Assembly: GCA_947087145.1 (NCBI GenBank)
Contig: CAMUBM010000001.1
Location: 1-29,115 of the forward strand
Length of the DNA: 29,115 nucleotides
Source: an uncultured Mycoplasmatota bacterium
GTDB lineage: Bacteria > Bacillota_I > Bacilli_A > RF39 > UBA660
Direction: 5' to 3'
Notes under the pieces: generated by a model
What the model saw: only the letters and a program-made list of their open reading frames with translations
What the model was told of the DNA's origin: nothing
The model's database searches: none
Shown: piece after piece, positions 7,407 to 16,812 of the stretch
Position numbering within the stretch: the stretch's first letter is position 1
How the letters are laid out: each line of letters opens with the position of its first letter
Translations under genes and position numbers: made by a program

Positions 7407-7859
7407 ATGGTTGAAGAAATAATTAATACAATAGAAAAACAATTAGATAAACAAGAATGGGAACAATTAAAAAGCAAAACCTGGCATCTAGGAATTTTTA
7501 CAGAACCCTATTTAAACTATATGTTAGAAAAAAAGAAAACTATCGAGTCGAGATTTAGTAAAAACAAAATAGCTCCTTTCGAAAAAATAACAAAAGACGA
7601 TATTGTTTTCGTAAAAAAGTCTGGAGGAGATATTGTTGCCTATTTCACCATAAAAGAAGTATTATTTTTTGATTTACGAAACACTCCGATAGAAGAAATA
7701 AAAGAAAAATATGGGAAGGAATTGTGTGTAGATAACTCATTCTGGACAATTAAAAAAGATAGCAATTATGCAACATTAATAGTAATTGACCAAATAAAAA
7801 AAGTGAAACCATTTTCTATCAAGAAAAAAGGAATGCAAACTTGGATTGAGTTAAAATAG
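7407..7859 (+). CDS. ASCH domain protein (PUA-like)
   Basis: HLGIFTEPYLNYMLEKKKTIESRF (KxxExR motif) followed by DDIVFVKKSGG. Confidence 0.8.
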   Translation: MVEEIINTIEKQLDKQEWEQLKSKTWHLGIFTEPYLNYMLEKKKTIESRFSKNKIAPFEKITKDDIVFVKKSGGDIVAYFTIKEVLFFDLRNTPIEEIKEKYGKELCVDNSFWTIKKDSNYATLIVIDQIKKVKPFSIKKKGMQTWIELK

Positions 7860-7873
7860 AAATAGGATTAGCC

Positions 7874-8623
7874 ATGAAAAAAGAAGAAATTTTAAAAAAA
7901 GTCGATTGTTTATACAACATGTATCATGAGAGAAAATTAGGTGGAGAAATTATGCCTGAAGATGAAAATCCACGGTTAGAAAAAACTTCTAAAGAAAACT
8001 ATCTGTATTTTACTTTGCCAATGGCCCTAAATTATCAAAGAAACTCTTATACGCTTTGGGAAAATGCGAATAAAACCTATCAAGACAAAGAAACTCATTT
8101 TGTTTTTGACCCCCAAGAAGTTTTAAAAAGACCATTAGAAGAAGTACAAATGGCTTTAACCAAATACAAAGTAGCCCTCCAAAAAAACAAACAAACCGAA
8201 ATTTGGATAACATTATGCCAGACGATAGAAGATTTATTTGATGGAGATATAAGAAAATTGTTTATAGAACTAGAAAACGATGTAGATAAAATCAGAAACT
8301 TTATTCAAAAAGAAAAGAAGAAAAGATTTCCTTACCTTTCTGGAACTAAGATTTGCAATTACTGGTTGTACGTGATATGGCAGTATACAAAGCAAGAATA
8401 TAAAAATATAGAAAACCTAACAGTTGCACCTGATACACATGTCGTAAAAGCAACCCATCGTTTAGGATTGATTACAGAAAAAGAATTGACCTCATCCAAT
8501 GTCCAAGAAATTGTTATAAATCGGTGGAATGAACTCTTAAAAGGAACAAAATACAAACCCATTGACATTCACACCCCTCTTTGGCTTTGGAGTAGAAATG
8601 GTTTTAAGGAGTTAGAAGAATGA
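7874..8623 (+). CDS. HhH-GPD superfamily DNA glycosylase-like protein, no Fe-S motif
   Basis: HhH-like FPYLSGTKICNYWL, catalytic-Asp-like VAPDTHVVKATHRLGL, C-terminal DIHTPLWLWSR. Confidence 0.7.
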   Translation: MKKEEILKKVDCLYNMYHERKLGGEIMPEDENPRLEKTSKENYLYFTLPMALNYQRNSYTLWENANKTYQDKETHFVFDPQEVLKRPLEEVQMALTKYKVALQKNKQTEIWITLCQTIEDLFDGDIRKLFIELENDVDKIRNFIQKEKKKRFPYLSGTKICNYWLYVIWQYTKQEYKNIENLTVAPDTHVVKATHRLGLITEKELTSSNVQEIVINRWNELLKGTKYKPIDIHTPLWLWSRNGFKELEE

Positions 8624-9561
8624 ATAAATTAGAAGAAATCGAAAATACCTGTGAATATGTAATGCAAAATGCTAAACACGTCACCATAAACGAAGAAGCA
8701 ATAAATGATATAATAAAAAATTGGAACGAAGAAGAACAAAGCCACTGGCTAAGTAGTAATCCTTTTGGTCTACTAGATTTAGAAATAGAAGAGATTGTCA
8801 ATTTTCTAATTATTTTTGACTCTATTGTCTTTTCTTTCTGGGGAAAACCTAAATGGACCCTAACTACAATAGAAAACGAAAAGATAGATGGGTCATTTGC
8901 TCTTATCTACGCTTTACGGAATTTATATAAACAATACCACCATTTAGACTTTACTAAAATAACAGAAGAAGAATTTAAAAATGTTTTAAAAGGAAATGTA
9001 GAAATCCCTTTGCTTCAAAAACGCTTTCAAATTGCGAGGGAAGTAAGTGAAATCATAAACAAAAAAATGAATAGCAACTTCTATGTCTATACAAAAAAAA
9101 TGACAAAAGATACAGATCTTTTCAATTTTATTGTAGATAACTTCCCGACTTTTGAAGACGAAAGAACCTACAATGGAAAAACGATATTCTTTTATAAATT
9201 AGCCCAATTAGTCACCTCAGATATTTTGCATATAAGAGCATTAAAAGAAAATATTAGAGTAGATTGTTCTCATTTAGTAGGTTGTGCAGACTATAAGATA
9301 CCTCAAAGTTTAAGAAATTTACATATTGTAGAATATGACGAAGAACTGTCTCGTTTAGTAGATAATTTACAAGAGATAGAAGAAAACTCCATCTATGAAG
9401 TAGAAATACGAGCAAGTATGATTGTAGCCATCAAAAAAATAAAAGAAGGACGACGTAATAAAACAAATGCGATAGATATTAATGATACCTTGTGGGTATT
9501 AGGACAAGACAAATCAAAAAGTAACTATCCCTATCATCGAACAAGAACAACGTCTTATTAA
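8620..9561 (+). CDS. Queuosine salvage family protein (QNG1/DUF2419-like queuosine nucleotide N-glycosylase)
   Basis: IVFSFW, FPTFEDER, FFYKLAQL, ADYKIPQSLR (catalytic Asp motif), EVEIRAS, INDTLW, PYHRTRTTSY: the ordered motif series of the Q_salvage family. Confidence 0.85.
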   Translation: MNKLEEIENTCEYVMQNAKHVTINEEAINDIIKNWNEEEQSHWLSSNPFGLLDLEIEEIVNFLIIFDSIVFSFWGKPKWTLTTIENEKIDGSFALIYALRNLYKQYHHLDFTKITEEEFKNVLKGNVEIPLLQKRFQIAREVSEIINKKMNSNFYVYTKKMTKDTDLFNFIVDNFPTFEDERTYNGKTIFFYKLAQLVTSDILHIRALKENIRVDCSHLVGCADYKIPQSLRNLHIVEYDEELSRLVDNLQEIEENSIYEVEIRASMIVAIKKIKEGRRNKTNAIDINDTLWVLGQDKSKSNYPYHRTRTTSY

Positions 9562-9630
9562 GGAAAGATTTATTATTACGAGAACAAAATACATATAAAA
9601 AATATGGAAAGTTAAAAAAATAAAAATGGT

Positions 9631-10344
9631 CTAAGCAACCAATTTTTTTAGTTCTAACATACGTTTGATTTCATAGGTTGGAGTATAACCAGGAAGTAAG
9701 GGTTTATCACGATGATTAAACCAAATAGTATCCATTCCATTTTGCATACCACCTAAAATATCACTAGAAAGGGAATCTCCTATTGCTAAAATTTCTCTTG
9801 GCTCACATTTACAAAGTTCAAATAATGCTTTATAAAACAAAGGGTGAGGTTTATTTTTTCCAATATCTTCTGAACAAACTATTCCGGAAAAAAGAGAATC
9901 AACTTTTATGACTTCTAATTTCTTTGTAATCAAATTTTTTACACCATTTGTAATAAGCACTAATTTATAATATTTTTGTAAAAATTCCAATGTTTCACGA
10001 ACATTTGGAAGCGGTTGGATACAATCTCCTAAATGACTCATGTAAATATCGTTTAATAAAATACCCTCTTCAAGAGAAACAGATTTATCCTTAAAAAACT
10101 CTACAAAACGAAGAGCACGGAGATAGGTTGCCCAATCGGTAGGAAGTTCTTTAGGAACAACAATTTTATTTTCTTGAAAACGTTTCCAAAAATACTCATC
10201 AAAATGAACATATTGTAGCATATTTTCTTCCGTAGAAATAATATGTAAATGTTCATAAACCTGAGAAATAGCATATTTTATTGCTGCTACATCATCAACC
10301 AATGTATCATCTATGTCAAACGCAAGTACTTTGTATTTTTGCAT
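9631..10344 (-). CDS. HAD hydrolase, YjjG-like noncanonical pyrimidine nucleotidase
   Basis: FDIDDTLVD, LITNG, SEDIGKNKPHP, IGDSLSSDILGGMQNGMDTIWFN. Confidence 0.9.
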   Translation of the reverse strand: MQKYKVLAFDIDDTLVDDVAAIKYAISQVYEHLHIISTEENMLQYVHFDEYFWKRFQENKIVVPKELPTDWATYLRALRFVEFFKDKSVSLEEGILLNDIYMSHLGDCIQPLPNVRETLEFLQKYYKLVLITNGVKNLITKKLEVIKVDSLFSGIVCSEDIGKNKPHPLFYKALFELCKCEPREILAIGDSLSSDILGGMQNGMDTIWFNHRDKPLLPGYTPTYEIKRMLELKKLVA

Positions 10345-10430
10345 AAAATCACCATAGCGGCTATTATAAACAAAATAAAATAAATTGTGAAGAGAACAAA
10401 AGTATGCTATAATGATTGTGGGTGATAAAA

Positions 10431-10793
10431 ATGGACCAAAAAGAATTATTAAAACAAATAAAAACCACAGATAGTTTATATGCGATACAAAAATACATTG
10501 GAAAAGTAATTGAAATCAGAGGATTTGCAAACAATCCTATTGAAGAAGAGTTACTGCTTCTTACTGAAGAAGTGGGAGAACTAGCAAAAGCAGTAAGAAA
10601 AGAAAAATATCCAGTAGACAATAAAAAATTAAAAAACTATGACTCAATAGAAAGTGAAATAGCAGATGTGTTTATTGTTTTGACTTCGATTTGCAATTGT
10701 TTAAAAATTAATTTATACGATGTCATTATAGAAAAAGAAAATAAAAATATAGAAAGAATTTGGCAGAAAGTAGAAAAAGATAAAAATGAATGA
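10431..10793 (+). CDS. MazG-like nucleotide pyrophosphohydrolase
   Basis: LLTEEVGELAKAVRK and IESEIADVFI. ATG 10431 follows GGTGA and an upstream TGCTATAAT. Confidence 0.85.
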   Translation: MDQKELLKQIKTTDSLYAIQKYIGKVIEIRGFANNPIEEELLLLTEEVGELAKAVRKEKYPVDNKKLKNYDSIESEIADVFIVLTSICNCLKINLYDVIIEKENKNIERIWQKVEKDKNE

Positions 10794-11256
10794 GCGATTA
10801 ACAAAACGTTACATTATAAAAAACATAGAAAATTTAGAACTAAGTATTCCGTTACGTTACGAAAGATATTACATAAATGATTATTTGCGTATTCAAAAAA
10901 AAGGCAACAAATGTGAGAGTGAAACTTTAAATGAAAAAAATATAGTAATCAAAAAAGAAGAAATTTCACTAAAGGGATTTAATGAACTTAAAAAAACAGC
11001 CTATAAAAAAATCGTTCGAGATAGTTATTTATATGAAAAAGATAATCGTATTTCTATAAAAGTCTATTTAGAAGAATACAAAGGCTTAAATAGAATAGAA
11101 GTAAACTTTCCAAACGAAGAAGAATTAAAAAACTTTAAAAAAGAACCTTGGATGGAAAAAGAAATTACAAATTCTCCTCTTGCTTTTGATAAATACTTAA
11201 GTAAATTAACAAGACAAGAATTTGAAAAAGAATTAAAAAAATACCTTGGAGAATAG
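10786..11256 (+). CDS. CYTH/triphosphate tunnel metalloenzyme-like protein, degenerate N-terminal motif
   Basis: YLRIQKKG, IVRDSYLY, IKVYLEEYKGLNRIEVNF, PWMEKEIT. The usual ExExK is replaced by RLTKRY. Confidence 0.6.
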   Translation: MNERLTKRYIIKNIENLELSIPLRYERYYINDYLRIQKKGNKCESETLNEKNIVIKKEEISLKGFNELKKTAYKKIVRDSYLYEKDNRISIKVYLEEYKGLNRIEVNFPNEEELKNFKKEPWMEKEITNSPLAFDKYLSKLTRQEFEKELKKYLGE

Positions 11257-11258
11257 AA

Positions 11259-11585
11259 ATGTACTATATTTATATGCTTCGATGTGAAGACAATTCAATT
11301 TATACAGGAATAACCAATCATTTGGAAAGAAGAATGCAAGAGCATTTTCTAAAAACAAAAGAATGTGCAAAATACACAAAAAGACATACACCAGTAAAAA
11401 TTGAAAAAGTATGGACTTGTGAAAATCGTGTACTTGCTTCTAAATTAGAATATCGTATCAAAAAATTAACGAAACAAGAAAAAGAAGAGTTAATCAAACA
11501 AGAGAAAAAATTTTTGATATTATTTCAAGATAGTTTAGAATGCAAAAACTATAAACCGTTTTGTTTAAAAAACGATACCAAATAA
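11259..11585 (+). CDS. GIY-YIG nuclease family protein (YazA/UPF0213-like)
   Basis: YYIYMLRCEDNSIYTGITNHLERRMQEH, KYTKRH, ASKLEYRIKKL. Confidence 0.9.
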   Translation: MYYIYMLRCEDNSIYTGITNHLERRMQEHFLKTKECAKYTKRHTPVKIEKVWTCENRVLASKLEYRIKKLTKQEKEELIKQEKKFLILFQDSLECKNYKPFCLKNDTK

Positions 11586-11607
11586 AAAACAGCCTAGGCT
11601 GTTTTTT
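11584..11607. terminator. Bidirectional intrinsic terminator
   Basis: Perfect 24-bp palindrome AAAAAACAGCCTAGGCTGTTTTTT between convergent genes. Confidence 0.85.
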
Positions 11608-12808
11608 AAATGTTTACTTCGTCATCAGAAGATAATGTACCCACTTGTATGTTAGGATCATTTGTTTTATTAATGATGGATTCATACTTCGTTTTTACAT
11701 TGATGTAGTTAGGCAAAATACTATTATCCATTTTATAAAAAGGAAGAATTCTAAAATTTCGGAAACCTGCTGTTCTTTCTGTATATACGAGATCCCCTTT
11801 TACATTATCAACACTTATAGTAGTTACTCCATCCTCAACAACTTTATGAATATCAACAGAAGCAATCATTCCAATTCGTTTCATTAGATCGTCTTGTCCA
11901 GAAATAAAATTTCCTAAAGAATAAATCACAACAGTCTTACCAATATGTTCAATCGGTTGAATGACATGAGGGTGAGATCCAATAATGACATCCACTCCCA
12001 AATCAGAAAGAAATTGTGCTTGCTTTCTTTGCTCTTGTGTTGGAACATGGGTATACTCAACTCCCCAGTGCATAGAAACTAAAACAACATCCACTTGATC
12101 TCGAACCGCTTCAATATCCGCCCTCGCTTTTTCATAATCAAATAAATTTACCAGATACTCTTTTCCCTTAGGAACAGGAATGCCATTCGTTCCATATGTG
12201 TAAGCCAAGAAAGCATACGTAATTCCGTTCTTTTCACCAATATGACTTCTTGCCTTATCTTCAAAAGAATCATAACTTCCCGCAGTCATTACATTGGTTT
12301 GTTTTCTCCAATATTGGGCAGAATTTAAAATCGCTTTCTGTCCTTTATCCAATGTGTGATTATTAGCAAGACTCACCAAATTAAAACCGGCTTTAACGAA
12401 TGCATCTCCTACTTCTTGCGGAGAATTAAAATTTGGATACGAAGAAAGTTCAAGTTCTACACCACCCAAAATCGTTTCTTGGTTGTAATACGCTAAATCA
12501 TACCCACGAACAATGGGGGTAATGTCTGCTAACTGCTTATCAAAATTGTACGTTCCATCACTTTGTAAACCATCCTTATAACATCCTGTATGATACAAAG
12601 CATCTCCAATCATTCCAAGCCGTAAGTTATACTCTTCTCGTTTTGGTTCCTCTACATCAGGCTCTTTTTCTTCTACTATTGTATCATTTGGAATATTACT
12701 TTCTTTTTTCTTATCAAAAAAATACAAAGACGTTCCTATTAATAATAAAAAAATAAGAACATAAAGTAGAATATAAACTATTTTTCTACCATTTTTCTTT
12801 TGCTTCAT
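11606..12808 (-). CDS. CapA/PgsA family membrane-anchored metallophosphoesterase-like protein
   Basis: N-terminal TM helix; GDALYH, NQET, LANNHTLD, HWGVEY, GSHPHVIQ, YSLGNF. Confidence 0.9.
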   Translation of the reverse strand: MKQKKNGRKIVYILLYVLIFLLLIGTSLYFFDKKKESNIPNDTIVEEKEPDVEEPKREEYNLRLGMIGDALYHTGCYKDGLQSDGTYNFDKQLADITPIVRGYDLAYYNQETILGGVELELSSYPNFNSPQEVGDAFVKAGFNLVSLANNHTLDKGQKAILNSAQYWRKQTNVMTAGSYDSFEDKARSHIGEKNGITYAFLAYTYGTNGIPVPKGKEYLVNLFDYEKARADIEAVRDQVDVVLVSMHWGVEYTHVPTQEQRKQAQFLSDLGVDVIIGSHPHVIQPIEHIGKTVVIYSLGNFISGQDDLMKRIGMIASVDIHKVVEDGVTTISVDNVKGDLVYTERTAGFRNFRILPFYKMDNSILPNYINVKTKYESIINKTNDPNIQVGTLSSDDEVNI

Positions 12809-12983
12809 AACTGCTACACCTCTACTACTTATGATTTTTTATGAAAAGATTATAGCATGTAGATAGAAGGTTGTAAATTGATTTGTTTATAAAGAAAAAG
12901 AGGCAAAGACAGGAAAAATAAGATTGTAGTAGTTTTAGAAAAGATATATAATAAAGAAAAGAAATCAAAGTGGAGGTACAAAA

Positions 12984-13508
12984 ATGGACTTTAATATTCT
13001 CTATTGGATAGACAAATTACATCACCCCGTATTAGATAAAATCATGATATTTTTAACCAATTTAGGAGATGCTGGAATACTTTGGATTGCTATTGCAGTG
13101 ATATTGCTCTTCTTTAAAAAGACCAGAAAATGTGGCATCCTAATGGGAGTTTCTTTGATCTGCGGTCTTATTTTAGGAAACGGACTTTTAAAACATTTTG
13201 TAGCAAGACAAAGACCCTGCTGGATAGATACAACTATTCCATTATTAATTCCAAATCCAACTGATTATTCCTTTCCCTCCGGCCATACACTTGCCTCCTT
13301 TGAAGCAGCCATTATGATTTTTTTACACAATAAAAAGTGGGGAAGTATCTCTATCCTTGTTGCCTTAGGAATTGCCTTCTCAAGAATGTATCTATTCGTT
13401 CATTTTCCCACTGACATTTTAGGAGGGGCAATTCTTGGAAGTTGTATTTCTCTTGCTGTCTATAAAATAGCCAAAAAAATAGAAAAGAAAAAAGTTACCA
13501 CCACGTAA
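12984..13508 (+). CDS. PAP2 family phosphatase (possible undecaprenyl-pyrophosphate phosphatase)
   Basis: LKHFVARQRP, SFPSGHT, SRMYLFVHFPTDILGG. Confidence 0.9.
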   Translation: MDFNILYWIDKLHHPVLDKIMIFLTNLGDAGILWIAIAVILLFFKKTRKCGILMGVSLICGLILGNGLLKHFVARQRPCWIDTTIPLLIPNPTDYSFPSGHTLASFEAAIMIFLHNKKWGSISILVALGIAFSRMYLFVHFPTDILGGAILGSCISLAVYKIAKKIEKKKVTTT

Positions 13509-13528
13509 CAAAAAGGAAGTAGTAGTAT

Positions 13529-14575
13529 ATGAAAAAAACAATGAACCTATTAGGAAAAATTTTTGTTAGTTTAGGAATAACCATTTTATTTATTTTTTTA
13601 ACCCTTGTATTAACCATCAAACTCATTTGTAGTAATATCTCTGGGAGTGCCAAAGAACTATTTGCTACCACGATGCTAGAAACGGGACAATTAAAATTCT
13701 TAGCCAACTTATTTATTCCAAAAGATGAACTACAAGCACTTGTAAACAAAAATTCTATGGCAAATATGACCACCGAAGTAGATACTGACCTAATTCATAC
13801 AGAACAAGAAAATAATTCTTTTGATAAAAATGGCATCAAAATAGAAGAAATTTCTGGAAATACGTTTTTTGCTAAAATGCTTATCATAAATGACCCTGCA
13901 AGAGTAAAACTAGCAACCACCTATCCTTGGGGGGAATATGGAGTAGAACTAGAAAAACTAGTGCACGACAACAATGCGATTGCTGGAGTTAACGGCGGCC
14001 TATACGAGTCTACTGGAAATAAAGGCGGAAGACCTTTAGGAATTGTTGTAAAAGATGGAAAAATAGAGTTTAACAAACCAAATGGTTATCCTGGGTTACA
14101 CCTAATTGGTTTTGACGAAGAAAACGTCTTACGAATATTGAGTCTAGAAGGAAAAACTGCCAAAGAAGTAGAACAACTCGTTTCTGATGAAAAAATAAGA
14201 GATGCCGTTGCTTTCCAAGAAGAAAATAGTGATGCCAATAACCATTTTGTAAAACTCATTATCAATGGAGAAGAAAGAGAAACTGGTGGATCTGGAAGTG
14301 GAGCAAACCCAAGAACAGCGATTGGTCAGCGTGCTGATGGAACGGTTTTACTTTTAGTCACCGATGGAAGAGGAGCAAATGGACACCTTGGTGCAACAGC
14401 AAAAGACTTAATTAAAATTATGAAACAATTCGGTGCCGTAAATGCTGCTAATCTAGATGGTGGAAGTTCTTCCAGTATGTACTATAACGACAAATACGAA
14501 ATGTCATCTGTAACGTTTTACTATGCCAATTCTTCCTGGAAATTGCCTACTGGATTTATAGTAGAAAAAAGATAG
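13529..14575 (+). CDS. Phosphodiester glycosidase (NAGPA/DUF2233) family protein, membrane-anchored
   Basis: N-terminal TM; AGVNGG, NPRTAIGQRADG, LLVTDGRG, AANLDGGSSSSM. Confidence 0.9.
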   Translation: MKKTMNLLGKIFVSLGITILFIFLTLVLTIKLICSNISGSAKELFATTMLETGQLKFLANLFIPKDELQALVNKNSMANMTTEVDTDLIHTEQENNSFDKNGIKIEEISGNTFFAKMLIINDPARVKLATTYPWGEYGVELEKLVHDNNAIAGVNGGLYESTGNKGGRPLGIVVKDGKIEFNKPNGYPGLHLIGFDEENVLRILSLEGKTAKEVEQLVSDEKIRDAVAFQEENSDANNHFVKLIINGEERETGGSGSGANPRTAIGQRADGTVLLLVTDGRGANGHLGATAKDLIKIMKQFGAVNAANLDGGSSSSMYYNDKYEMSSVTFYYANSSWKLPTGFIVEKR

Positions 14576-14588
14576 CAAGGAGAGTATT

Positions 14589-15740
14589 ATGAAAGAAAAG
14601 AAACAAAAAACTCCATTTCAAAAATTTTTAATTCTTTACGCAGTTTGCTTGAGTTTATTAATGATTATCTTCTTAATCTATGTAGGAAATAGTTTAGTAA
14701 AATACGAAAACAACCAAACAGAAAATTACTTAAAGAATACCATAGAAGACTTAAAAACAACAGAAATAAACAACTTATCAACAATAAAAAAAAGCCAATG
14801 GGAAAAAGAAAACATAAATAACGAAGAAATACTAAAGAAAATTCTAAAAGACACCGAGAACATTACTTATCAACAACAAGAAAACACCAAAGAGGACCAT
14901 CCCACCTTTCATGTTCTTTATAAAAAGAAACCAGTGCTAGAAATTACTTTAAAAGAAAAGAAAAAATTACATCGTTTAGGACTACTCACATTCTCCGTTT
15001 GGGAGACAGAAAATGTGAGTAGCATTATGGAAGAAGGCTTATATGACTACACTTTCGAAGTACCAAGTACTTATCAAATAAAAATAAATGAAAAAGAACT
15101 AACAACAGAAGATAGAAAAGAGGAAACCGAAAACGAAGGTTTATTAGAAATCTCTAAGTATGTAGAAATACCAACACTTGTAACCTATGAAATAAAAGGA
15201 TTACTAGAAGAACCAACGATAGAAATAACAGATAAATCTGGCAACAATATTGAATACAAAAAGGAAGATGGAAAAATTACCAAAGAACTCAATTTCCAAA
15301 AAATTGCTACATTAGAAGAAGCAAAAGAAAAAATAGAAAACATGCCCGAAATTTTAAAAATGGCGAAAGATTGGAGTTTATTCTTATCAAAAGACTTAAC
15401 AGGTCCAAAACATGGTTACAACACAATTAGCAACTATTTAATTGAAGGATCGTATTTATCCAAATATGCTTATAGTTGGGCAACAGGAGTAGATATTACT
15501 TTTACAAGTTCGCACACATTATCTAATCCACCATTTACAAATGAATTAGTAGAAAACTTTGAAATCTATAATGAAAATGCTTTTTCTTGTGAAGTATATT
15601 TAATAAAACATATGATAATAAAAGGAAACAAAAAACTAGACGATACTATGCACGATAGAATGTATTTTGTTCGTATAAATGGTGAATGGAAACTTGTAAA
15701 CATGGAAGCCATGACAGAAGGAGAAAATCAAAATGAATGA
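14589..15740 (+). CDS. Hypothetical membrane-anchored extracellular protein
   Basis: 383-aa ORF with GGAG RBS, one N-terminal TM segment, no recognised catalytic motif. Confidence 0.75.
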   Translation: MKEKKQKTPFQKFLILYAVCLSLLMIIFLIYVGNSLVKYENNQTENYLKNTIEDLKTTEINNLSTIKKSQWEKENINNEEILKKILKDTENITYQQQENTKEDHPTFHVLYKKKPVLEITLKEKKKLHRLGLLTFSVWETENVSSIMEEGLYDYTFEVPSTYQIKINEKELTTEDRKEETENEGLLEISKYVEIPTLVTYEIKGLLEEPTIEITDKSGNNIEYKKEDGKITKELNFQKIATLEEAKEKIENMPEILKMAKDWSLFLSKDLTGPKHGYNTISNYLIEGSYLSKYAYSWATGVDITFTSSHTLSNPPFTNELVENFEIYNENAFSCEVYLIKHMIIKGNKKLDDTMHDRMYFVRINGEWKLVNMEAMTEGENQNE

Positions 15741-16782
15741 AATTGCAGTCATAATTCCTGCTTATAAACCACACGAAAAAATAATGAATGACTTTATGGA
15801 AGAATTGAAAAGAAACTTTAAAAATATCGTTATCGTCGACGATGGAAGTGGAAAAGAATACGAACCCTTTTTTAAAAAATTTGAAGAAATGAATATTCCT
15901 GTCTTAAGACACCATGTGAACATGGGAAAAGGAAGAGCTATCAAAACTGCATTCAATTATTGCTTAAATACTTACTCTCATTTACTAGGGACCATTACCG
16001 CAGATTGCGATGGACAACATACGGTGAGTGACATTACAAAATGTATTGAAAAACTAAAAGAAAACCCCAAAAAATTAGTCATTGGAACGCGAAACTTTGA
16101 TGCAGAAAATGTTCCTTTTAAAAGTAGATATGGAAATAAAATTACTAGAAATATGTTTACAGCATTTATTGGCATAAAAATCACTGATACCCAATCAGGT
16201 CTTCGTGCCTTTGGCGTAGATGCCATGAAAGAATTTCTAACCATTGCAGGAGAAAGATACGAATACGAAACCAATATGCTCATTGCTTGCAAAGAACAAG
16301 AGATAGAAATTGCTGAAGTTCCCATAGATACTATTTACATAAACAACAATGAACTTAGTCATTTCCATCCCTTTAGAGATGCTTTTCTCATATACAAATT
16401 ATTTTTAAAATATGTTTTAGCAGCAGTCAGTTCCTTTTTTGTTGATATTTTGTTATTTTCACTATTTATGCATATCTTACCAAATATCAACCTAGGAATA
16501 CTAACGACTATTGTGATTGCAACTATACTCGCAAGAATATTTTCTTCAACATACAATTTTACCATCAATGCCAAAGTAGTATTTAAAAACAAAGGAAAAA
16601 ATTCTATAATCAAATACTTTACTTTAGTTGTTATTCAAATGTTTATTTCAGCATTTTTAGTCTCTGAAATATTTAAAGCAACCAATTTAAATTCGACAAC
16701 TTTAAAAATAGGAGTAGACATACTAATATTTATAGCAAATTTTATTATTCAAAGAGAATGGGTATTTAAAAATAAAAAATAG
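15733..16782 (+). CDS. Bifunctional GT2 glycosyltransferase / GtrA flippase-like protein
   Basis: IIPAYKP, IVDDGS, NMGKGRAIK, ADCDGQH, DTQSGLRAF, YEYETNML; hydrophobic GtrA-like C-terminus ending QREWVF. Confidence 0.9.
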   Translation: MNEIAVIIPAYKPHEKIMNDFMEELKRNFKNIVIVDDGSGKEYEPFFKKFEEMNIPVLRHHVNMGKGRAIKTAFNYCLNTYSHLLGTITADCDGQHTVSDITKCIEKLKENPKKLVIGTRNFDAENVPFKSRYGNKITRNMFTAFIGIKITDTQSGLRAFGVDAMKEFLTIAGERYEYETNMLIACKEQEIEIAEVPIDTIYINNNELSHFHPFRDAFLIYKLFLKYVLAAVSSFFVDILLFSLFMHILPNINLGILTTIVIATILARIFSSTYNFTINAKVVFKNKGKNSIIKYFTLVVIQMFISAFLVSEIFKATNLNSTTLKIGVDILIFIANFIIQREWVFKNKK

Positions 16783-16812
16783 TACAGCATAAATAAACTG
16801 AACTATTTTTTT
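16774..16812 (+). terminator. Intrinsic terminator of the envelope operon
   Basis: AAAAAATAGT-A-CAG ... CTG-A-ACTATTTTTT. Confidence 0.65.

Noticed and set aside
10393-10404. GAACAAAAGTAT as a LexA box before mazG
   Set aside because: Right half-site is GTAT with further mismatch; too weak in AT-rich DNA.
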